Positions 25,996-37,930 of a stretch of DNA of 64,000 nucleotides are shown one piece after another. Every line of letters starts with the position of its first letter. The stretch's first letter is position 1. Source of the stretch: Podarcis vaucheri (taxonomy: Eukaryota). Below the pieces are notes generated by a model that had not been told where the DNA came from, searched no databases, and saw only the letters and a program-made list of their open reading frames with translations. The translations under genes and the position numbers were made by a program. Location: the NCBI GenBank assembly GCA_965113315.1, contig OZ220365.1. One strand, written 5' to 3'.

Positions 25996-27108
25996 TCTTC
26001 ATATTGGAATCATCCAATGAAGATTCAGATGGTGGATTTACTCTGCTTGATTAGTTGTTCTGTGATGCTTCCCCAGTACTACCATATTATTGTTGTGTTG
26101 TGGGGCTATAGCATAACAACAGCAGGACTAAGAACCCCAGAACATTTGCGGTATGAAAAGTTACAGGGTTTTAGCAGGAATTGCAAGATATAAACTGATT
26201 GGAAATGGAGCAGTATGACTACCTCAAAACATTTCCTGGTGCAGATAGTATGGAAAAAGGGATCATGTATGATCGCTGCCTTCATGAGCACAAATCATCA
26301 TAAATGCACAATAAAAGGGATGTTTAAAGGGGCCCTTTAGTGCCCATTCACCCAGTTTGGAGATATCCATAATAATAATAATTATGAGAGCACTGATAAA
26401 ACCATCCTATTGATTTTCAGTGCAAGAAATTCCTGAGCACATGTGTGGGGTTTTTTTTAGAGTTCATTTGCTTTTCCCTATTCAGTATGACAATACAGGT
26501 CTCCACCAATCCTTCAGCATGGTAAATAATGCTCCAAGCCTTTTCAAATTACCCCTAACAGACCCTGCTGAACAATGCAGTGAGATGGAGATATATACAA
26601 AAATTACAAGCTTCACAAGGCTAGTAAACTGCAAAAGAATGAGAGGAATGTTGGTTTATGATTACAAGAATCATAAGAGTTACTCAAGTAGAGCAGGAAA
26701 GGAGTTATTAAGGAGATGGTATGATTCATTCTTTCTGTAAATGTAACTCTGTTCCATTACAGGTTTACATTAATAGGTAGCTAGCCCATTTCCAGGATGA
26801 TGTGAAAATAGCATATTGATATTCTAATTTCACACGATTGTCTTTTGGGAACTTGCAGAGTATATCCCTACTTATTTCAGCTATGGAAAAAATTGAATTG
26901 CCTTTGTAACAGTCAAGGCAACAGCAGCAACCCTTAAATAAGACTGAAACTCTTGCAGGCAAGGGGTAATGGTGTCAGCATCGCCCTTGAGCCAGTGCCA
27001 CCAACTGGACTCATACATTTCAGCCCCGACTGGGCTAGGCGAGCTGGGTAGCACTTCCAGAGACCACCTTCTGCACAGGAACAGGTCAAAGTGCTGTGGA
27101 CTCACAGC

Positions 27109-27561
27109 TTAGAGTTGTGAGCACCGGATTCACTCCCACAAGAAGACAGTCGTCGCACAGCAGAGTACAGCAGACTCTAGCAGAGTATATAAACAACTCG
27201 GAGAGCAGCTCTGTAGAATATCTTCTTTATTCTATCTACAACTATACAAACTATATACAGAGCTTGATAGGTCTAAGCATAAATGAATGCTGCACTGCAC
27301 TGAGTGTCTGCAGCTGCTCTTAGCAGCAACCTTATCTCTACACACGATCTCTAACACTCAGTCTCTCTCTCTCCGACACTGACTGACTGACTGACTTGGT
27401 GCTGGAGCAGAATAAGTAGAGAGCAGAACACGCCCTCTCTGGAGAATCAGCAGACTCCTCAGGAGATTCTTGGATATGGGAGGGGTGAAATCTCCTCATA
27501 TGGGTCAGGCAGAGAACCAGGGAATCAGGTCGTAAATGACTCTCTCAGATGGATCTCCAAC
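27109..27561 (-). mobile_element. possible solo LTR (boundaries uncertain)
   Basis: Minus-strand AATAAA (~27226), internal (CTGA)n/(CT)n tracts and repetitive U5-like texture; TSD not found. Confidence 0.35.
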
Positions 27562-27879
27562 TGTTTTCTTCAGCAACTGCTGCTGGATCCTTGTGAGCCA
27601 GATGGAATGGGCCTTACCATTCAGATATCAAGATATACGGTCAGATAATATTCAGTCTTCTTCTGCAGCCAGACCAAAGTTTCATATCCTTTCAAACTCA
27701 AGTGCTCTTCAATAGATACAGTTCATGGATTTATGAAGTTTTCAGTGGTTAAGTGATTTAGTAAAGTACCTACGTGTGTGAACTAGTGCAGAGGTGTTCA
27801 AGCTAGTGGTGACACTATTTAATTTAAAAAGATAAGTCTTTAAGACAAAAAAATTAAATTAATTCATAGAGAGCAAAGA

Positions 27880-28450
27880 AGAATATACGAAGAACCCAAC
27901 TGGATCAAATCAATAGCCTATCTGAGCTAGTAGCTTATTTCATCATCACCACCATCTGTTTATTTGTATGCCACTTTTCCACAAAATTGTGCCCAAAGTA
28001 GCTCACAACATCTCAGGCAAACAATTAAGTACAGCGGGAAAACCACTAGCAGGATAAGAGCTCAACAGCACAATAGCACTGATGCTCCCTTGTGACTGAG
28101 ATTCAGAGGCATTGTACCCTTGATTCTGGCAGAAGTAGACTGCCAGCATGACTAGTAGTTATTCAGAACTTTATCCTCCAGGGATTTGTCTAATCCCTTT
28201 TTAAACTTGTTTAGGTTGGAGGACATTCCCACTGAATTGCATAATGTAACTCTGCCCCGTTGAAGTGGCACTTCTTTTTGTCTGTTCTTCAGCTTTATAA
28301 GATGACCCCGGGTTCTAGCATGAAGGAAGATGGAGAAAGACCTGTTAACTTTATCTGCACCATCCATAATTTTATACACTTCTGTCATACCTTTCTTATC
28401 TTTTCTTCTAAACTACCCCCCCCCCGGCAATTGTAACTTTTCCTCATATG
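27880..28450 (-). mobile_element. old CR1 3' fragment
   Basis: Minus peptide MTEVYKIMDGADKV...RTRGHLIKL...KFKKGLDKSLED. Confidence 0.75.
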
Positions 28451-28949
28451 GGAAATACTTTTTCTCTTTCCCCACGTTGTATGTATGTTTGCAGAAAGAT
28501 TCTCAACTGTTTTTCTGCCTGCTGAGGCTTTATGAGGAATGAGTATCAGTAATTTTAAGCATGAATATGGATGCAGAGTATCTCTTTACAGTCAGACTTC
28601 TTATGCTAAGTATTGAAATTTTAAGAAGAGCTTTTACAACTGAGTCTGTTCCAAGTATGAGAAGTATCAAATCGGAAAGATGATTCTGTTTCTGGGATTA
28701 GTTTTGATTGTAGAGTGCATCCAGACATTTTTATGGAGAGTTCAAGTGAGGAGAAATCACTGTTGCCAGATTCTGTGTGTTTGGAAGATTCATTATGAAT
28801 TGCCTTATTTGTTTAATGTTATGACTTCTGGAAAAAAAAGTGTGTTGCGTTTTTTCCAATTTAAGATTCCAGCTTGAAACATGTGATCAGTTAGTGACTA
28901 GGCGGTGCATGGTTATGTAGATAAAAAGTAATAGCTAAGTAAGGAGATA

Positions 28950-30425
28950 TCTGGATGGAAAACTTTGCTGCTGGTAAGCAGAATCATTTTCGATGGCCAA
29001 AAAGGAGGGACTTCAGTTGAAAGGTCATTGGTTAGATTCTGTCCATATTTGAGCATGAAAGACAGTGATTGGGAGAGACCCATCATGGGAAGATATGAGT
29101 CAAATATGTGCTTGTTAGAATCTCGATTACTAAGGAAAGGGTAACTGACAGCACAAATATGGTACTGATTAAAGATGAATGGAAGGGGGGGAAGTTGCCT
29201 ATAATTCCAGAAGTGACAGTATTCATGTCAGGAAACTGACATCAGAGCAGAAGGAGAAGGAGAGTTTCTCTGACTCTGCAGGAGAAGGTACTAGCACCAG
29301 GGGGAGGCGCAGCTTAGTGGAGGGGGAAGGAAATCAGCGTAACACCAAGGATCCAGGAGAGCCAATGGAGAAGGAGGGGGAAGGGCTCTAGGATTCTTCC
29401 CTGGACATCAGTGAGGAGAGCACTGGTCCTCCACTATCCACGCCCTCCCTGCGCAGAAGGCTTCCGCGCAATGAGAGACGGAGAAGACTGGGTGTCAAAC
29501 AGCTTTTATGCTGGAAAAGGTTTAAGAAACGCCCACAGACAGATTCTGCTAGCGACTGAGGCAGCCACGCTGAGATGGGCTGTCCAGTCAAGACGGTTTA
29601 ACCCAGGCAGTTAAGCTCCTCAATGGGGACAGTTTACGCACGAGTAACTCCAATCCACTGCAATTCAGAAAGGAGATGGAAGAAGTGGGGGCAAAGAGAG
29701 TTAGGGTAGAGTAAAATCAAGAGACTTTGAAAGCTGGGTTGTGGAGTTCCATTCCACCAGATACCTGGTACCTGATTCCCCACACCCTGAACAGGATTTT
29801 GAAATCCTGCAGCCCATGTGTTGGTCAGAATGTAGGGTAACAGGCAATGGTTTTCATATGTGGGGGACTTGTGCTGCAATTAAAAAGGGGTTGGGAACTA
29901 GTTTTGCATGAAATGGGATTATGAACTGGTCAAATACATCAACCCAATCCAACACACTCTCTCCTGTCCCTCTTTGAAAGGAACAGGGCAATATGTTTTG
30001 TATAAGGAACTCTTGGTCATCTTGTTTCTTGCAGCCACATTAACAATTGCTAAAAGGTGGGGAAGAACAGGTGAAGTAGTACCAACAAATACGGTTGCTT
30101 GCCATACTGGAAAACCTATCAAAATAGGTTGAAGCACAGTGAAATCTAATGATAGGCAAAGATAGTTTTTGTTGAAGCTGGCATTGCTTTATTACTTATG
30201 CTCCACATAAAGAACATGATTGATTGACTCACTCAACCAACCAACACATGGGCTCCTCTGGAGAGATGTTTTGGGTTGGACTTCATTGTGTGGTGGTAGG
30301 ACTGTTGCTCAGTTTGATGTAACAAAGCTTTTCTTTTTGGGCTGCTGATTATTTGGAAATAGTGCTGCTTGCTCAGTTTCATTTGTTACTATTAGCTAAA
30401 GTAAAATCAAATAAAAATACTAAAA
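28950..30425 (+). mobile_element. old L1 ORF2 3' remnant, interrupted by the 29226 LTR
   Basis: Broken peptides WYLIPHTLNRI, CWSEC..GNGFHMWGTC (cysteine-rich motif), LAATLTIAKRW; A-rich tail at ~30410. Confidence 0.55.
29226..29652 (+). mobile_element. solo LTR, family B copy 1 (Gypsy-like)
   Basis: Starts TGTCAGG; colinear with the reverse complement of 54592-55030; flanks attca/atcca (5-bp TSD with 1 mismatch, tentative). Confidence 0.75.
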
Positions 30426-31160
30426 AGAAAGAAGAGCCCTGCTGAATCAAGCCAAAGTCCCATCTAGTCCAGCATTCTGTTTGCACAATGGCCAGCGAGA
30501 ATCTCCTGGGAAGCCCACAAACAAGTCATGAGTGCAGCATCACTCTCTAGTTCATGTTCCCTGGCAAGTGGTATTTGGAGGAATTCTGCCTGTGATATTC
30601 AGCGTTATATATAGCCACCCTGACTAGTAGCCATTGATGACCTTATCCTCCACTAATTAGTCTAATCCCATTTTCAAGCTCACTTTATTTGCTAGCCTTA
30701 GTTTTCATGTGCCCTTGGCAAAGCATTTTGGGGAACTTTCCTAAAGCCAAACTTAGACAGATGTTTGATGTGAGAGAGCTAGGGACAAGATCTCTTGCAT
30801 TTTTAAAAAAAGCATCTATCTATATATTCTCACTCCCATGAGCAAACAGCAGATTTTTTAGTGTGATTTCAATCACGAAAACAGTGGGGGTAGTGCAGAA
30901 GGAGAGGGAGTGTTCACCCAATTCCACCATCCTGATCAGATTCCTCCCCACACCAAGTTTCCATTGAGCTTTGATAGAGAGAAAAAGCAGCAGGACATCT
31001 GATCACAGCATGCCTAGTTGTGCCCTCCACTTTTCCAGACTGAATGCACAATAATCTGGGCTGCTAAAAAATGCCAAGCCTGAACAGAGAGGATATTTTT
31101 TCCCCATTTTTCCGTGGATTGTATTTAGCTACTGTGTTGTAACTGATGCTGAAAAATTAG

Positions 31161-31346
<186 letters not shown>

Positions 31347-32039
31347 TGACCTTGTTTTCCCTACTTACAGAGTTTGCATTTCCTGTTGTTGATGCTGTTA
31401 CTTTATCCAAGAACTTTACTATTAAGTGAGCATAGTTATCCCTGTAATTGAGAAAAAAAATGGCAGCCATCCAGTTGATACAGTGCTGTTCCTCAGGGGT
31501 GTTTGATTCCTTCCTTTTACGATATGAGGCTTGATTTGGGCAGGGTGGCAGCCATCCAGTGCGTACAACTTGTGAATAGCAAGGTCCATGCCTCAGTCAC
31601 ATGCATGGCCAGCTTAATAGACTTTGATAATTTGCACTTTGCAAATAGTGTACAGAAAGATGCAATGTGAGAAGGTTAGGAGTTTCATTACAGATTTCAT
31701 TAATTGGTTTAAGAATTATTTCTTCCCAAAGAATACCAGGAACAGTAATTGTATGAGGCTGTCCAGGACTCTCTTGCAGATAATTCCCTCCCTAAACTAT
31801 GGTTCTTAGGATTCTTTTAAACTGGGGGTAAACTGTTGTGGGTTTAATGTATCAGTATGCCAGAGGGTTTCCCAGATAGTAGAGATAAAACCCAAGTGTC
31901 AGTTCTACACTGAGACCACGTTGATCCAGTCCTAGCGATACATTACCCTGTCTCAAAGCAGTTGGCATTTATTTAAATTTATATTTAAAACTTGTATCCC
32001 TCCTATTTTAAAAAGAAACTGAAGGTGGTCTGGAAACTT

Positions 32040-32775
32040 CAGCTGGTACAGAATTTGGCAGCCAGCTTGCTCACCATGGCAAGATGGTTTGAGCATATTA
32101 CACTGAACTTGGCCCAACTGTACTGGCTGCCAATTAGTTTTGACCTATAAAGCCCTAAATGGCTCAGGACCATGATATCCCAAGGACAGTCTCTCCCCAT
32201 ATGAGCCAACCTGTACCCTGCGATCATCCTCTGAGGCCCTTATTTGTGTACCTCCTCCATGAGAGGTCTGGAGGGTAGCAACACAATAACGGGCCTTTTC
32301 TATGGTAGCTTCCCATTTGTGGAATGCTTTCCCCAGGCAGGTTTGCCTGGTACGTTCATTACATATCTTTAGCCGCCAGGCAAAAATATTTCTCTTCAAC
32401 CATCTATTTGGCTGATTAACAACCTATGGCTTTTTAAACATGTTGGGGGTGTGTGTGTCATTGGTTTGTTTATGTTTTTGTTTTATTCTGTATTTTGTTT
32501 TCTCATTTTATATTTTTCTGTTGTGGACCACCCTGGGAGCTTTGTATGAAGGGCAGTATACAAATTTAATACAGGACAATAGTAATAGTAGTAGTTGTAA
32601 TAATAATAATACTAAGAAAGGTGCTGTTTTTGACCTATAAAGCCTTAAATGGCTCAGGTCTGCAATACCTCAATGACCTCCTTTCCCCATATGAACCAAC
32701 CTGAGTCCTGCAATCATCTGAGGGCCCTTCTTCATGTACCTTTTCCATGAGAGGTACAGAAAGCAGCAACAATTA
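32040..32775 (+). mobile_element. L2-clade LINE 3' fragment followed by a second partial copy
   Basis: ttgacctataaagcc-taaatggctcagg at ~32140 and ~32630; ctgagg(g)ccctt; (AAT)n tail at ~32600. Confidence 0.75.
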
Positions 32776-33341
32776 GTGGTGGAACTTGCCGAAAACCCAC
32801 CTAAAGTTGTTGAGCACCCACCGCCACGATTGCCATGCCAACACAATTGCCGCAGCAACACGATCATGGCGCTGCACAGCCCGGGGAGTTCCGACTGAGT
32901 GTCTAAGTAAATTTCAATTCATGTGGGTTGAGTGGGAGGCCTTGGTCCATCTTGGCTTCATCTTCAAAGCAATTTAGGTCATGTTGTGTTATTTTTTCTT
33001 TGTTTTGATAAAGGAAAAACTTTACTAGGCAAGCGTTTAACAATTAGAAGTATTTTTTCGTGCTGAGCATATGGATTACTGCAAACACTGTCTAAAGGTA
33101 GGATGAAAATGAAACTGGTTTTCAGAGCATGTAAGCCAGGGAAAGCTACAGCATTTGGGATGAGCTGCAATTATTGAGCTAGAAAACAGGGTTGATTAGT
33201 AGCTGGGGCTGCAAATGCCCTTGTAAGCAGGTGGCTGATAACTTTAAGCATAATTATATTAATAACTGGTATGATCTCTCTTATTACATGTGAAAAATAC
33301 ATATTTTCCCCAACTCTTCCTATCCTTCTGTTTTTCTCTAG

Positions 33342-33503
<162 letters not shown>

Positions 33504-33638
33504 TGATTATGTTAATTCATTCTCACAATACTGTTGATGCTGGTTGGGCAGGTACACTTGATGGGATAGAAACTGAACTTATCAGGTTCTCCCTGTTGTA
33601 ACAGAGAGACTGTATTTATTTTGAAAACATGGTTTTTC

Positions 33639-33689
<51 letters not shown>

Positions 33690-33697
33690 CATCATCA
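33639..33697. repeat. (ATT)n/(ATC)n microsatellite
   Basis: Direct reading. Confidence 0.95.
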
Positions 33698-33803
33698 TTT
33701 ATTACTCACCCTTCGCTGTAAGGTATACATGTGCCTGTTGCTCAGTGTCTTGGCTCAAAACCAAAGGAAGGAGAAGTGCTGTTTTAAGAAGTTCACATTG
33801 TTT

Positions 33804-34461
33804 TGTTGCAGGGGATAAGGATCAGCCAGACGCAGCAATGGAGAATAAGAAGGTGAAGTTTATTGCCAGGCAATAAGGACCCAGTTGGAATCTCTTCCAA
33901 AGAACTGGGACCCCGATTGACAGAAATACAGGGGTCTTTATACCTGAGCAAATCACAGCAAATCATAGATCATAAGACAATCATGAAGGACTCATAACTT
34001 GGTCAGCAAATATCAGCCAATCAGCAAGCAGTTGTCACGCTCCTAGCTACTGGTATAGCACTGGTCCTGCACAGGGTTCAAGTTCCGCTTTCCAATGCTC
34101 CCCAGTGACGCTCAGTCTAACCTTTCCCCTAGTTATGACAGGACAGGGAGCTTGGACATTTTGTGGTTTTGCTCTTCCTGTTCTGTGGATTAATTTAGCC
34201 TGTTCCTGATGGGGAATTTGTACCAGAATCCCTGACTCATGTCTTGTCCGGGGTGCACAGATGTTTCTAGGGGAAAGGTCGGTTCCTAACTTTGCTGTTT
34301 CAAGCAGTTTGCATTTTAGCTAAGGCACAGCTTCCCTTTTGATTCAAGTGGATTTATAAAATACTGTAATCCTTGATTCGTGTAAGCATATATTGAATAT
34401 ATTGATTATTGATAACTGGTTATATGAATAATGTAGGGGTAGCCCTTCCTTCCTTGCCTCA
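33804..34461 (-). mobile_element. ERV solo LTR, 658 bp (4-bp TSD, class I-like)
   Basis: Minus strand TGAGGC...GCAACA; TSD GTTT at 33800-33803 and 34462-34465; TATAAA (~33940) then AATAAA (~33860) on minus; CCAAT at ~34017. Confidence 0.82.
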
Positions 34462-35589
34462 GTTTCATTAGTTTACTTTTCCTGAAGCTCCCATTTTTTA
34501 AACATGTCTGGTGTGGGAAGTTGGAAAGTTGGGGGGTGTTATTTTGGAACTAATTTTCTCCATCATTTTGAGGTGTTCTCTTTTAAAACAAACAAACAAA
34601 CAAAAAATTGTTTTCATCCTGTGGCCTTTCCTACCTTCCTTCTTTATGGTTTCAGCATTATCAGCAGGTATGTACAGGCGAATCAGCATCCTCTATCACT
34701 GGTGCTCTGAGGCACATAATGATGTTTCTTGCCTGCAAGGTGCTTCCTTGCAGGGGCCTTTTGTGAACATGGAGGAGCTCTGTATGTTCAGAGTTGGGAG
34801 TAGGGCAATGTTTTTCTCAGTAAGCTGATCCTCTGCTAAAGGTAATTTGAAGTCTCAGAAGCATGTAAGAAGCAGCACTCTCCTATCTCACTCCATGTGC
34901 TCTACAGTTTTCCCGGTGTTTAAGATGTTTTGTTTCTGAGTCTAGGCTGTCTTGTGTCTTCATGCTCTGTGATTACCTCAGACAGATTAACATTGCCACC
35001 AGATCAGTGGGAAAATGAATAAATATTAAAATAAAGTATGGAGACTGATATCCATTGATTGCATCATACTTCATAATACTAAGGTATTAATAAAAGGATG
35101 CCATGTATGAAATGTGGATTATAATAAGGCAAATAAGTGCAGCCTGCAACAAAAGTTGCAGCGCATCCCCAATACCTAACCAGGAGTGCTGCTCTTCTGC
35201 GCTCCAAGCAGCCTGGAAAAGAAGCGTCATAGAGCTATTTCGAGGCTTGCTTGCACAGAACTTGTTTCTTTCTCATCCTTCTCCCACTATGCAATACAGG
35301 GTTAAAGGGTTATTTTTAAAAAACGGCATTGCATGAATCTCCCACCCACCCAGTTCTCTCCTCCTGGATCCTATAAGGCCTTAAGGACTCAAGCAGTCTA
35401 ATTCCTGTTCTCCTCCGCCCTTGTCCTTTTTAAAAACCTGACATCTTCATTTCATGACTCAGCTGCTATCAGCCATAGATTTATGCAAGCTGCCCAACTT
35501 CTGATGGCTGCATAAGGAGCTTACAGATGAGCTGAGATTTAAGAAGGGCACATGTAAGAAATGGGTAAAAAGGGAAATCACGAAGGAAG

Positions 35590-36910
35590 AGTATACAAGA
35601 GTATCCAGCAGGAAGAAGGCCAGGCAGGCCAAAGCTCAGAATGAGTTCAGGCTTGAAAAAGAGGTTAAAATTAATAATAAAGGTTTCTTTGGCTGTGTTT
35701 GAAGCAGGAAGAAGGACAAACATGTCCTTCTTCATGGAGAAATGCTATTGGATGACAGAGAGAAGGTGGAACTGCTCAACGCTTGCTTTCTATCTCTCTT
35801 TACCCAAAAGAGAAGCAGTGCCCAACCTGGTGATAACATCATAAGTGATGCAAGGAGGGAGCTGCAGCCCAAGGTAGGAAATACGTACTTAGAGTAGATT
35901 CAAATCTCCAGGGCCTGATGAGCTGCACCCAAGGGTACTAAAGGAGCTTGTGAGTCTTTGTCTGTAATCTTTGAGAATTCCTGGAGAATAGGTAAGGTCC
36001 CTGCAGACGAGAGGCAGGCAAATGTTGTCCCCTTCTTCAAAAGGGGTGAAAAGAAGACCTAGGTAATTACTGACTGGTGAGCTTGACATCAATACCAGGA
36101 AAGTCCTAGAACAGATAATTCAACAGTTGGTCTATGACCACTTAGAAATGGATGATGTGATTACTAAGACCCAGCATAGGTTTCTCAAAAATGTGTCTTG
36201 CCAGATGAATTTCATTTCTTTTTTTGATAGAGCTATAAGCTTGGTGGATCAGGAGAATGGATATAGTGTATTTTGATTTCAGTAAGGCTTCTGACAATGT
36301 CCCCCCATGATATTCTTGTAAGGAAGCTGGTAAGATGTGAGTTGAATGAGGTAATTTTTGGATGGATTAGTAGCTGGTTGACTAACTGAACCCAAAGAGT
36401 GTTCACTAATGCTTCCTCATCATCCTGGAATAAAGTTACAAGCAGGGTTCTGTCCTGGGCCCGTTGTTGTTCAATGTCTATAAAGTATCCAATTGACTTG
36501 GATACTATGGTAACTATGGACATACAACAGATGGATAATGGTAAAAGACGCAGTAAACTTAAAAGGAATTGAGAGGATGATCATCACATTTGCAGATGGC
36601 AACAAACTAGGAAGGGTAACTATTGCCGCAGAAGATGGAATTGGGATTGAAAATGTCCGTAACTGATTGGAGAACTGGGTCCAAACTAACAAAATAAATT
36701 TCAGTAGGGACAAACGTAAGGTTCTATCCTTAGGCAGAACCAGCTGCACAAATATATGAATCAGGGAGACGGGACAGGACCTGACTTTCTGGTACTGTTT
36801 GTGAAAAGGATCTGGGGTCTTAGTAGACCACAGGCTTAGCATGAGGGAACAGTGTGCTGCTGCAGCAAAAAAGGAAAAAAAGGTCACTGCTATTCTAGGC
36901 TGCATCAACA
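35590..36910 (+). mobile_element. degraded CR1 ORF2 (RT region)
   Basis: KSPGPDELHPRVLKEL, ANVVPFFK, DFSKA, QGSVLGPLLFN and FADG(D)NKL motifs with stops and frameshifts. Confidence 0.88.
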
Positions 36911-37331
36911 GATTCCCAGGTAGTCACTGCTCCTCTGACACAAAGCATGTCATCCTACTTGGTAGATACCAAAGTGCAGAGCAGAACACCCAGTTAGTAC
37001 TCTTTCTTCTATAGCATCAGTTTGAATAGTTGGCTGCTGAATGGGTGAGTCCCACCCTGACTAATCCAAATAATGGTCAAGCTCTCATTTGCCTTCTTAG
37101 TTGTCCTGCTGGAAAGTGGACAGGTAGATTGTGGGTTTGAAAGGAAAGTATAATGGAAGTCCAGCTTCTGTGCAGGGCATTGCTATATATTTATAATGTA
37201 ATTTGCTAATGGTTTGTCCGCCAAGTGTAGCTCAGCCCACTTGCATGCCACCATTGTAGTCTACTTTGCACATTTGATGAAGGTTGCAGTTAGCAAAATG
37301 CCACAGTGTTTCTTCTCCTTTTAAGTAGTTA

Positions 37332-37840
37332 CAGTGAGGGGGGAAAGTATTTGATCCCCTGCTAAATTTGCCCGTTTTCCCTCTGACGAAGAAATGACCA
37401 GTTCATAAGGTCCTGGAGTGGCCTAGCCAGTCTCCAGACCTTAATCCCATCGAAAATCTGTGGACGAAGCTGAATGTTCAAGTAGCTACACATCAGCCTC
37501 AAAATCTTACTGACTTGGAGAGGATCTGCAAAGAGGAGTGGGACAAAATACCTCCTGAGATGTGTGTAAACCTGGTGGCCACCTACAAGAAACGTCTGAC
37601 ATCTGTAATTGCCAACAAGGGTTTTGCCACCAAGTACTAAGTCATCTTTTGCAAAGGGATCAAATACTTATTTCACTCATTATAATGCACATCAATCTCG
37701 GACTTTTGTCTTCTGGGTATCTGGGGGTTTTCCTGTCATTATTCTGTCTCTCACAGCTACAGTAAACCTACCATTAAAATTATGGACTGGTCATTTCTTT
37801 GTCAGAGGGCAAGCGGGCAAATTTAGCAGGGGATCAAATA
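37332..37840 (+). mobile_element. internally deleted Tc1 (IR/DR type) DNA transposon with transposase C-terminus
   Basis: TA|CAGTG...tatttgatcccctgctaaatttgcccg inverted with cgggcaaatttagcaggggatcaaata; 37407-37640 reads [19 protein letters not shown]...ANKGFATKY*. Confidence 0.92.
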
Positions 37841-37930
37841 GAGTAGTACCTCTGGATGTGAACGGGATCCGTTCTGGAGCCACGTTCTGGGTCACGATTT
37901 GCCACTTCCACGCATGTGCGTGACGTCATT
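37841..37930 (+). mobile_element. fragment of the 23203-family MITE
   Basis: gtacctctggatgtgaacgggatccgttctggagcc matches 23208-23243. Confidence 0.75.

Noticed and set aside
26930-27740. Possible processed pseudogene flanking the LTR-like segment
   Set aside because: No recognisable protein in any frame by eye; a BLASTX search would be needed.
33621-33818. Poly-Tyr ORF (and the poly-Met/Ile ORF at 52153)
   Set aside because: Translations of trinucleotide microsatellites.
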